From Lingula anatina (Eukaryota; Animalia; Brachiopoda): a stretch of DNA of 64,000 nt. The stretch's first letter is position 1, and every line of letters starts with the position of its first letter. Positions 27,001 to 39,000 of this stretch are shown here, piece after piece. The position numbers and the translations under genes are program-made. The notes under the pieces are model-generated. The model saw nothing but the letters and a program-made list of their open reading frames with translations, searched no databases and was not told the DNA's origin. Location of the stretch: positions 6,394,954-6,458,953 of the forward strand of contig CM120644.1 of the NCBI GenBank assembly GCA_051362555.1, given 5' to 3'.

Positions 27001-30000
27001 AAGTGTGATTTGAAAAATGAAAATGATATGTTGAAAGAAAGAAATGTGAAAATTCAGAGTGAGTTAGGAAAAACTAAACAAGTATTGATGAAAAAAGAAA
27101 TGGAAATGGAAGAGGAGTGTCGAGAGTATTCCATAAAAGAAATGATGTTACATACACAGGTTGAAACACAGAATGAATTGTTGAGAAAACGTGTAGAAAG
27201 TTTACAGAAGTGTGAAATTGAAAAAATGGATTTGAAATTGGAATTGGATGAGATGACAGCCCGTCATAATCATTTGCAAACTCAGTATGAGAGAATGCAT
27301 TTACAACATGATTTAGAAAAAATTCCAAGGCCGACTCCTAGAAATATTAAAAGTAGACCCACACCTGCACCTAGAAGTAGTAAAAAGAAAAGTTTGGAAA
27401 CCCCTGTGAAAAAACCAATACTGAAACTAGCAGAGAGTGAAAGTGATAGTGAAAGTGAAAGTGAAAGTGAATCTGAATGTGAACAGAAAAGAGTTCCTTT
27501 AGTTGAAAGAGAAAAAGGACCTGTTCATAAAATGCCTAGTTTTAGTGGGAATGGAAGAGAAAATTGGGAAGCTTTTGTATTTAAATTTGAAGGAATGGCA
27601 GAAAGATATGGATGGAATGATAAAAGAAAAACTAGCAGAATGATTGAATGTTTGGAAGACAGAGCTCTTGAGTATGCGGTGGAGTTTGGAAACTGCAAAT
27701 ATAAACGTTTGAAAGAAGTGATGTCAAATCGTTTTAGTATGAAAGAGTCTGCTTCATCTGCGCGTAGAGCACTTCAATCAATGAGACAGGGTGAAAGTGA
27801 ATCTTTGCAAGATTTTTCTCATAGTGTGTTCATGGCATCTAGAGAGGGATATGCAGAAGGTGGTGAGGGAATAGCTGTGGATTCATTTTTGAGAGGGTGT
27901 CGTGACAAAGAATCTGCAAAATTGGCTATGGATAAAGAGCCTAAAGATTTATTTGAAGCATTAGAGTTTGTGAAAGTTGCAAACAATAACTTCAAAGCAC
28001 TATATGGTACAGGTGGGAGAAATGTGCATATTAGACAAGTTGGAATGTCTGATCAGAGTGTTGAGAATGGAAGTGGAAATCAATTACTCTACAACATGCA
28101 AAGAACCATGTCTGCTATGTGTGATCAGATGAAAAGAATGAATGACACATGGGTGTCACCGTCAAATTCTCAGAGAAATCCTAGTAGAATGGTAAAATCA
28201 CCCCAGAATGGAAACATAAATCAAAGTAGAGGGGGTCCACCACAATGTTTTAAATGTGGAGAAAGAGGTCATGTTCAAAGGGATTGTAAGAATGAAATTG
28301 TAGAACATCCACCTAATCCCAATGTTAGTAAAAATGCCAGCCCAAGTTCTATTTTGATTTGTCATAAATGTGGACAGAGAGGTCACATTCAAACAAATTG
28401 CCCTCAAAATGGAGAAATACCAAAGAATCCTCCTCCCGGTGCAAGAAATTCGGTAAACTAGAACGGGACGAATTGACCGACCGGATTTCGGATCCCTTAC
28501 TTCATGTTGAAGGTCGGATTATGGATAGTGGAAATGTGAAAATGATGAATGTTGGAGAATTAGTGGGAGAAAATTTTGTGATTCCTGTTAGTGTAAGTGG
28601 TGTGAAAACATTAGCAGTTGTGGATACGGCAGCTCAATTTACTATCGTAAATAAAATATTTTATAGTAAATTGCAGGGTGTGCCTGAGTTTTGTGAGACT
28701 CTGAAATTAATGCTTGCTGGAAAAAATGCATTTATGATGGGTCATAGAGTAGAAAATTTGAGTATTGAGATAGATGGGATAGAATATATGGAAAATGTGT
28801 ATGTTGCAGATTTGCAAGAAGGAATTGATATGTTGTTGGGATTGAAGTTTTTGAAGGAGAGAAATTGTGTGGTGAATTTAGTTGATCAAACATTGATCAT
28901 TGGAGAAAAATGTGTGCAAGGAAGCATAGAAGTTGAAGGTGACTCTGATTTAAGTAAAGTGAATGGTGAGACAGAAGCTAAAAGTGATGAGAAATGTGTT
29001 GATGAAATGGAGAAAGAAGTTGAAATTTGTGAAAATATGGTGAGAACGAAAAAGAGAATGGTAGTTCCTCCATTGACGGTGATGAGAATTTCTGTTTGTG
29101 CAGATTATGAGTTAGAGAAAAAGAAAGAGTATGTGATAGAACCTTGTGTTGATAGACAAGTGTTGGTATCTTGTGCATTAGTTAAAGGTGATGATGTTGT
29201 TCCTATAGAAATAGTGAATGATGGAGAAAGAAATGCTGTTTTGAAAGCAGGTAGTGTGTTAGGTGTTATTAAGGAAGTTGAGACAGTTGCTTCTGAAGTG
29301 AGATGTAAAGAAGATGTATATGGAAAAGCTAGGGTGTCTGCTGTGAATAAAGCTGAAATGAAGTTGAAAATAGATGAACATATGGATAAAGAAGTGATGA
29401 GAAGTTTGAAAAGAGATTTGCCTGAACATTTGCAAGATTTATTTGAAAGATCAAGTGAGGAGCTTGATTCAAATGAAGTGGTTGCATTGTGTGAAACTTT
29501 GAGAGATTATGAAGATGTATTTGCAAAGCATGATCTTGATTTAGGATGCATGAAAGGTGTTAAGCATACTATTAACACTGGAAGTGCAGCTCCTGTGAAA
29601 CAGAAATTGCGTAGAACTCCATTGGGAATGGAAGGAGAAGAGAGAAAGATGCTTGAAAAGTTGTTAGCTTCTGATGTTATTCAGCCATCAAATTCTGAAT
29701 GGGCATCCCCACCAGTATTGATAAGAAAGAAAGATGGAAGTGTTAGATGGTGTGTGGATTACAGGGAATTAAATAAGAAAACTATCAAAGATTCTTATCC
29801 TATTCCAAACATTGGTGATTGTTTAGATTGTCTGGCTGGAAATCAATTTTTGAGTTTGATTGATATGGCGCAAGGATATTTTCAAATTGAGATTGATGAG
29901 AAAGACAGAAATAAAACTGCTTTTATCACCAGGTATGGTCTGTATGAGCATAAGAGAATGGCTATGGGACTTACCAATTCTCCTGCAAGTTTTTCTAGAG

Positions 30001-33000
30001 CAATGCAGTTAGTATTGAGAGGTTTGACTTGGGAGAAAGTGTTAGTGTATCTGGATGATATCACAGTGTTGGGAAAGAATTTTGAAGATCATCTTAAGAA
30101 TTTGAAAGAGGTTTTGGAGAGATTGCGTTCTTACAACTTGAAGTTAAAGCCTAAGAAATGTTTTCTTTTCCAAACAAAGTGTGAATTCTTAGGAAAGTCA
30201 ATCAGTAGAGAAGGTGTTAGTATAACTGAGAGTAAGATTGAGTGTGTTAAAAAGTGGCCAGTACCTACAAACAAAAAGGAAGTTGAAACGTTCTTTGGTT
30301 TCATCAATTATCATAGAGATCATATTCCTCAATTTGCTGAGAAAACTGCTTGTTTGTATGAGTTGACAGGGAATAAAAGTGTTTTCAATTGGTCAGATGA
30401 ACATCAAATAGCATTTGAAGGTTTAAAACAAGAGTTAACAACTGCCCCTTGTTTAGCCTTTCCTTTGTCTGAAGGTGAATTTATACTTGATACAGATGCA
30501 TCATATTCATGTATAGGAGCAGAACTTTCACAGATACAACATGGTGAAGAGAAGGTTATTGCTTATGGAAGTAAAATTATGTCACCTATACAGCGGCGTT
30601 ATTGTACAACTAGAAAAGAGCTCTTGGCTGTTGTAAACTTCTGTAGACAATATAGACATTATTTGTTGGAAAGAAAGTTCAGAATCCGAACAGATCATCA
30701 TAGTTTAGTGTGGTTGTTAGGATTTAAAAACCCAGATGGTCAGTTAGCAAGATGGTTAGAAGAATTATCTCAGTATAATTTTACCATTGAACATAGACCA
30801 GGAAAGAAGCATGGAAATGCAGATGCATTATCAAGAATACCTTTAGCTATAAAAGAATGTGATTGCTATAAGGTAGGAGTGAAATTGAGTGACTTACCCT
30901 GTGGAGGATGTCATTATTGTCAGAGAGTACATAAAAATTGGTCAAGGTTTGAGACTGATGTGAATGATGTAATTCCTCTGGGAAATAAGAAATCAGATGA
31001 CAATGTAGTTGAATCGAATGCAGTTGGTGATATGAAGAATGAAACAAATTGTGAGAAATTGAGTTCAGTTTTGATGTGTCAGAGGGCTGATACAAATGAT
31101 AAAACTGACAAGAATGAAAGAGATGAATTATGCAATTGGTTGAAAGGATATGACTTGAAAAAATTGCAGAGAAAAGATGCAGATTTGAAAATAATCATAG
31201 GTTGGTTAGAGAATGGTGAACCTAAAGAATCAGAGTTGTATTTGTGTAGTATGGCAGTAAAAGGATTGTGGAATTGCAAAGAGCAATTGATTCTTTTGAA
31301 TGATGTGTTGTATTACAAATGGGAAAAGAGAGAGGATAGAAATTTGTGTTTAATAGTACCAAAAGATTTGGTCAATGAAGTTTTATTTTTCTGTCATGAT
31401 TCAAAAACAGCTGGTCATTTTGCTTATGAGAAAACTTTGCAAAAACTCAAACAATCATTTAAGTGGCATGGAATGAATAGAGATTGTAAATTGTATGTAA
31501 GTTCATGTGAACTTTGCAATAAAAACAAGCATAGTACTGTTCGACCAAAAGCCAAAATGAAATTACATCATGCAGGATTTCCTATGGAAAAGGTTCATTT
31601 GGATATACTTGGACCATTTACACAAAGTGAATGTGGAAATTCTTATATTTTGGTTATGATAGATCAGTTTACTAAGTGGATAGAGTGTGTGGCATTGCCA
31701 AATCAGACAGCTGAATTAGTAGCAAAAGCATTTTTTGAAAAATTCATAGTTACTTTTGGTTGTCCACAAGAGATATATACAGATCAAGGTTCAAATTTTC
31801 AAAGTAGTCTATTTAGAAATTTGTGTAGACTATTAGAAATCAAACAACTTAGAACAACTGGTTTTAGAGCAAGTGCTAATGGACAAGTTGAAAGATGCAT
31901 GGGTATTATTACACAGATGATTAGATGTAATGTAGAAGGGAATGTGAGATATTGGGATAGAGATTTACCTCAATTAGTTATGGCATTACATTCAACTGTG
32001 AATGCATCAACAGGGTTTACTCCTAACATGATGATGTTAGGGAGAGAAGTTTTTATGCCATTACACTTACTAACAGGTTGTGTGAATGAAAATTTGATAC
32101 CATGTGATACTCATGAATGGTTAAAAAACTTGAGTGACAGCCTAAATAGATCACATGAAATGGCTAGAGAAAAATTGAAATGTGTGCAGAAACGTCAAAA
32201 ACAATTGTACGATGCAAAGTTGAGAGAGAGTGAATATACTTGTGGTCAGAAAGTATATTTGAAGGATGAAAGTCATAAAAAGGGAGAAAGTAAGAAACTT
32301 AGACCCTTATATAGAGGACCATATGAGGTTATCAAAGCATCCCCACCTCTCTATACAATAAAAGATAAAAAAGGAAAAATCCAAGTGGTACATCATGATA
32401 GATTGAGAAAATTTGTTGAAAGAGAGAGTGATTTTCAATTGAATGAACCACAATTGGTGGAACCAATTGTAAAAAGATCAAGATTTGGTAGACAAATTAA
32501 AATGCCATCTCATTTAAGAGATTTTGCGTTAGAATGATCATATTGATGTATATTTAGTTTATTAGTCAAGGTATAGTTGTATATAAATACTTCCTTAATT
32601 TTCGGCAGTGCTGAAATAAAAGGAATTTAATTTAATTTATTTATTTGTATTTTTTTATTTTTTTATTTAGAACATGGATGAATCAAACATTATGCACATC
32701 TGGGAAGAAGAGTTTCAATGGTGTACAGATTGGGTTGAATCTCCAGAACGTTTATATATACTCTCAATCAGAAACATTGAAATAAAAAGTTCAAAACAAG
32801 CTAAAATAATCATCCATTTAGGAAAAATATGGAAAGAAAGATTTTTGTTAGAGACGGGTTATGATTGGTTCATGGACCACGAGAAAGAAATAAACAAAGG
32901 GTTATCTAAAGAAGATTGTATTGATATTATTTGTTATCTCAGAGACAAACTCTATCAGTATTAAAATATTAGAAAAAATAAACAAGATAATAAAGATATA

Positions 33001-36000
33001 TTTGATGAAGTATATTATAGTTTGTACTTCCTATTATATTTCAGGTAATTTGATCAAAACAACAGTCCAAGTTGGTATAGGTTTTCTAAATATTTGTTTG
33101 AATTTTATTGTTGAGCATGTTACATTGAACATTGCATGAATAAGTTGATATTTATTTGAATTGGGGTTATAAAAAAAAAAAAAAATTGAATATTGCCTAA
33201 CATAGTTACACTGTTCAAACTAATATGTTGCAGTTCAGCATGTGTTTTGCATGTAAGGTAATTGGATTGGATATTGTTACGGTATTTATGATAGTTGGAT
33301 TGGATATTGTTAAGGTAATTTTTTTTCTTATTATATATTTTCATGATAAAGTTTTTCATAGATTTAATATAAAAAGCAATTTAACTTTGCTTTTGATTTG
33401 AATATTTGTACATAGTTAATGCGGCAATGCTGTGTTACTATGTTAGTAATGTAATGCTATGCTGATAGTGTAATACTGTGTTAATAATGTAAAATTATGT
33501 TAATATTCATTTGAAAGAAAAGCTCATTATCATGTACATTCATTCAAGAAAATAAACCATTGTATAAGTTTATTTCAGACATGGATGATCTAGACATGTT
33601 AGATGAAGCCTGTTTTGTTCCGGATTATGATGACACTGATCTGGTGGAAGATCCTACTGTCCTAATTGGTGAAGAGGGGGAGGAAGTTACCCACTCAAAG
33701 TGCAGAGGGGAGAAACGGAGGAGAGAAGTCCAGTGTGGTTTGTGTCTGGTGTCCAGTGCTGACCTGAGTAGACATCTTGGACGTCATGTGAAATCTGTTC
33801 ATTTGCCATGGTATATGACTCCAGGATTGGTGTGCTGGTATTGCAGATCGATGGAAAAGGACAATTCGCTTTTACGTAAATGTCATGGTGATGTTCATTC
33901 GTGTGGAACTGGTGAATTCGAGAAAAAATTGTGGATCCAGTTGGTGAATGGATTTATACATTTCCTGATATTGACATTAAATATGAGAAATATATGGGAA
34001 CTGATGGACTATGTGCAAAATGAAGGACTAATAATGTTGCCAGATAACTGTTCCAATGAGGACATTAACTTTGTGAAAATATACATTTATGGAAATGGTA
34101 TGGAGCCTAAGACTGAGATTCTGAATTCTTTGTTGACTTTGTTTCACTGGAAAACTTTGTATCATCTGTTACAAAAACTTTCATCAGAGGATCGTGAACT
34201 CAGTAGTCATTGGTATCGGCGGATGAAATTTACTTTGCTACATGGATGAAAAATGAACTATATAATGATTTTGACATTTCACATTGACATTGTTATCATT
34301 AATAATGTTGTTTTGAGCAACTTTGAGTTAAAATCACTTTGTTTGCTTTTAAAGTTGATTTAAAGTGATAATGGATTTAAAACTTTGTTTTGCATTCCTA
34401 AGGATGAACATTTATGCTGAGAGATGGACTTGATTGACTTTGCTTGTGTTAAAGTTAAATGTTGAATCTTGGTATAACAAGAATGAACTTAATTGCATTA
34501 TTTGCTTATTTTAAATGTAAAGTAAGATTTCAGTTGTTGAATTATAGTAATTGTTAGTTTAACAATTTAAAGTAATGGTTTATATTGTAATAATAGGGGG
34601 GAGTTTTGTTCGTCAAAAGGGGGGAGAGTGTGACGATGTTGTGTTAGTTGAGATTGTTTTACATTGCTACCGGTAGATGTCTCTGTAAGTAAAGTGTTGT
34701 CCGGTGTGCAAGTTTGAATCTCTCCCGTGATTGGTAACCTAAAGGTAAAACTGTTCATTGTATAGTTGGTTCTGATTGGTAAACGTGTACTATCTGAACT
34801 AGTATATAAGGGGTAACGTGAAATAAATCGGCCTCTTTGGCTTCTTTGCGGCTGACTTTGCAGCTCTCTTGGTTCTTTTGCTCTCCTCTTGAGGCTTATC
34901 TCTTTGGTTTTTTGGCTTTGTGCTTATACTCTGAGACACCAGTAAGTACATTGTTATTTGTACCTTCATAAGGCACTCGGCCGCGAAGGCGTAACAATCA
35001 TACAGACCGTTTAATGTACCTGGTTATTTTTAAACGGGGCGCTGAGGTCTACATGTACAACTTTACCACCGCCACATACACACCTCCTACTTTGTTTGCG
35101 ACAGAACCAAGTTTTCAGTCCTTCAGCCAGCCACTCTTTGCCTTGTCGAATAAAGACAATTTTGATATACGACGACTCCCCAGGCAACTTATGCGTGCAG
35201 GTATGGGGATTTGTTAACTTTTGATGAACGAATTCGGAAGGACAGAAATGTTACAGGTGTAGACAGAAGATATCCGATATACAAATATATACTTAAATAT
35301 ATTAAATATATGGCCTACAAAATGTTTATTACCGAAACAACTGACAAGTCTTTTTGGAAAAAAAAGATATTTCCTCCATGAACAAAGCAAGTAAGAATAT
35401 CAGAACTTACCATAAAAATAAAGTTGAATTGTGTTTATAATATGTATATAGCAATGACAGTTTGAAGCTTAATAAATATTACATGTACAAGTACTAGTAG
35501 TGATTTATTTGGTCTTTCATTAGTTCATTAATTCATTTATCCAACTCTATCTCAATTCAATCAATCAATAGCTAAAATGTACACGAAAGTTAAGTCACTT
35601 TAAAAAATCATTGTTGGCAAGTTTTTATACATTAAATCTCCGTATCAGAGTAGAGTGATCAAGGTAGAGTGAAGCCACCGCGCATTAAAGGCCAATTAAC
35701 ACTTGGACGATCACTTAATTGCGACCATGCACAGCTTCGATCTTTATCTCAGCGAGCTAGGGGTTGGCTCTTTTGTTAGCAGAAAGTAAATCGTGTTAAT
35801 TACCCTACGGGGCAGGGCATGGTACTATTGTTAACAGAAACCAAACAGCTCATGGATGACAATGTTATTTCCATCGTTACCGTGCCAGGCCGTATGAACA
35901 TCCCGCAGGGACCCGCAGAGTAAGTAAGGTTACTTTCCGGCGGCACTGTACCAAGGTAAGCACAAAATCGCAGATATATGGGAAAATGAGCCATACATTG

Positions 36001-39000
36001 CTTTCATCTCAACCTAATGGTGAAATTCCTGTGTATGTTGTACAAAAAGAAAACAAGGAGGGTAAAAAACGTGTGTTGTATAGAAATTTACTTCTTCCAA
36101 TTTCTGAACTTGCAAAAAGACCTGTACCCAGAAAGAGAACTTCTAAACGAGACACGGATAAAATGCTATACACAGTCAGAGAGTGTTCATTAAAGTTCGA
36201 TGCTGAAAGTGGGGACGTTACAATCGATGATGATGATCTGTTTTTTCCTCTCAATCAACGTTTACTCCCCGAGGATAGAGAAGGTTACAAATCAAGTAAC
36301 GTGAGAGATGAATCTTCAGAGAATTAGTGGGGGAGAATTAGTGAAGATACCGAAGATACAACGGATGTTCAACTGCTGAATGTTGTGGAATAAACTACTG
36401 ATGAAGTCGCTGTTGACCGACCAATTCCTGCTCCACGGATGAATAGCAGAGTAAGAAAACCGCCAGCGTGGACGAGTTCTGGTGATTTTATAAGTTACTC
36501 GCAAATTGCCGAGTCGGAAGGAAAGACAGACTGGAAAGCCAGAGTTACAATGTTGAGAAACTTTGTGAATGATGTAATATTTATCGGACATAAAAGTACA
36601 CTTTGCGAAGATATTATTAGACTGATGAAGGATAATTGAAGTTGAAATGTCTTTTGAAATCTACTAACAGTGTGTTGTTATTTACGTGTGTTTGAATGTC
36701 GAGGCGACATTTCAATTGTTGGGGGAGAATGTGACAGTGTGGTATGATTGGTCACATTTTCTGTATACTTCTGTGTTGACTGTCGTGACTGTGCTAAGTA
36801 CTTCTCGAGTGCTCTCCATCTCTTTATACATGGTCATCTTGACATCTGGTCACACATCACGTGACCGTTCGATATCTAAAGCCTTAGCCTTCAAGCACTG
36901 AGACGACAAAAAGGCTAACAGTACCTTGTGTTGGGTGAGATGGTTGATGTAGTATTTCAGTTTCTTTTCGTATCTTTTCGTATATTCCTATCGTACAATG
37001 TATTTGTATTTGCTAAAGACGTGTTTTCACCGCTGTTATTCATTTCTCTTTTAGACTTAGATTACAGACATCCTCTTGTTTTGTAATTCGCCGTTTCAGT
37101 CATTAAACAACACCCTCTCGGACACAGGGGTAAGAACAAGTTAGTGCTTTATGTATTAACCCATATACGTATTGTCAGCGACAGTTACTCAACTTCCCTA
37201 CTTAATGAACTCTGCCAATAGTGAACGCATTCAACACCGTAACTGAGCAGTTTTTGCGTCCAGCTGCTATATAAGCTGGACGTTTTCTACAGCGGTATGC
37301 AGTGCGGCATCGACACACTCCGACGACCACAGCTTGTAGCAACGACCGGCGGCTCGACAGCAGCGGTTCTCTCCAGCGCCTCGCACCGGCCTACGACTCC
37401 GCGGTCTCCCCGGCGGCTCGACAGCAGCGGTTCTCTCCAGCGCCTCGCACCGGCCTACGACTCCGCGGTCTCCCCGGCGGCTCGACAGCAGCGGTTCTCT
37501 CCAGCGCCTCGCACTGGCCTACGACTCCGCGATCACCCCGGCGGCTCGACAGCAGCGGTTCTCTCCAGCGCCTCGCACCGGCCTCCGACTCCGCGGTCAC
37601 CCCGGCGGCTCGACAGCAGCGGATCTCTCCAGCGCCTCGCACCGGCCTCCGACTCCGCGGTCACCCCGGCGGCTCGACAGCAGCGGTTCTCTCCAGCGCC
37701 TCGCACTGGCCTTACGACTCCGCGGTCACCCCGGAGGCTCGACAGCAGCGGTTCTCTCCAGCGCCTCGCACCGGCCTACGACACCGCGGTCACCCCGGCG
37801 GCTCGACAGCAGCGGTTCTCTCCAGCGCCTCGCACCGGCTTACGACTCCGCGGTCACCCCGGCGGCTCGACAGCGGTCTACTCCTGCTTCACTCATCGGC
37901 CCAAGACTCGACGGTCACCCCGGCGGCTCGATATCGGTCTACTCGACTCCTGCGCCACTCATCTGCCCACGACCCAGCAGTCATCCCGGCGGCTTACGAC
38001 AGTGGTATCTCTCGATAGCAGTCCAACCGACAGCGATCCATTTCGAATTGGTTTAATTTTATTTTAATTCAATTTTTGTAACCATTTATTCGCTATTAAA
38101 TTATTTATTTATTTATTTTCTTCGTTCTTGTTGCTTCTATCACCGTCTCGTCCGCAACATTGGTCTCGCGAGCCGGATTTCAACACCTACGGCATGGATG
38201 AACGGAGATTGAAAGCCGCAAGAACCGGACGCCTGGCTGCCTTAACTAAACGTGTGCTGAAAGCAAGACAGCTCATCCATGATGAATCCACTAGAAAACA
38301 TCGGTTATCGGAGATGAAAGACGAAATAACTACTCTAAAAAATGAATGCGAAACTGCTAACTTGAAATACATCGACATTCTGGAAGATGAAACGGCCATC
38401 ACAGACGCCCAGATCTGGTTTACTGACGTTGAAGAAACCTGCGCAGATTGTTTGGAAGAAATCTCCGAGGTTATACAAGTGACCAAAGAAAAGCCGCAGC
38501 CAATTCAACAGCCTCAATCCCAAGAGCCTCAAGTCCATGATATTCCCGTCGCACCTACCCCAGCACCGATAGACGCATGGATTGATGAACTTGTTCCATA
38601 TAGTGAGACTGTTTTAGCCACACCCAATGATTCAGACAAGTCCTATGAAGAATTACTTCTTAAGTGCATGTTCGAGAAGGATGCTCCGCGAGCCTCCATA
38701 TCGCCATTCAACGGGTCTGCACTAGACTGGCCAAGGTTTGCTGAACTATTTTACGAAGAAGTGCACAAGCAACCCTATTTTAAGGATACCCGGCGCATGT
38801 GGTTACTACAGAGCAGTGTAACTGGTCAAGCAAAACAACATATCGCGGGATATGGAATCGATGGTGCAGCATATGCCATAGCCTTGAAAGCTCTAAAACA
38901 CAGATTCGGACATAGATCGCTGGTGGCCCGAGCATTTTTGGAACGAGTGACAGATGGCCCAACAATCAAGGACCGGGACCGGGTACAACTTGAATCGTTT

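Larger units (their letters stand above)
25099..34996 (+). mobile_element. full-length Ty3/Gypsy LTR retrotransposon, 9.9 kb, young
   Basis: LTRs 25099-25465 and 34629-34996 (TG...CA; one substitution and one 1-bp indel seen), 4-bp TSD ATCA, PBS TGGCGCAGTCGACAGGAT (tRNA-Ser-like) after the 5' LTR, PPT AAAAGGGGGGAGAG before the 3' LTR, uninterrupted gag and pol. Confidence 0.97.

Noticed and set aside
28978-31279. Short antisense ORFs within Gypsy pol, and similar ones opposite the BEL and LINE ORFs
   Set aside because: Shadow ORFs expected from codon bias on the coding strand; no motifs.
33581-34249. ORF B as a retroviral env gene
   Set aside because: No signal peptide, furin site plus fusion peptide, or C-terminal TM anchor; too short and zinc-finger-like.
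37348-37860. CRISPR-like appearance of the 64-bp array (also 41494-41940 and 17505-17880)
   Set aside because: Units are contiguous with no unique spacers, there are no cas genes, and the context is eukaryotic LTR or intron.
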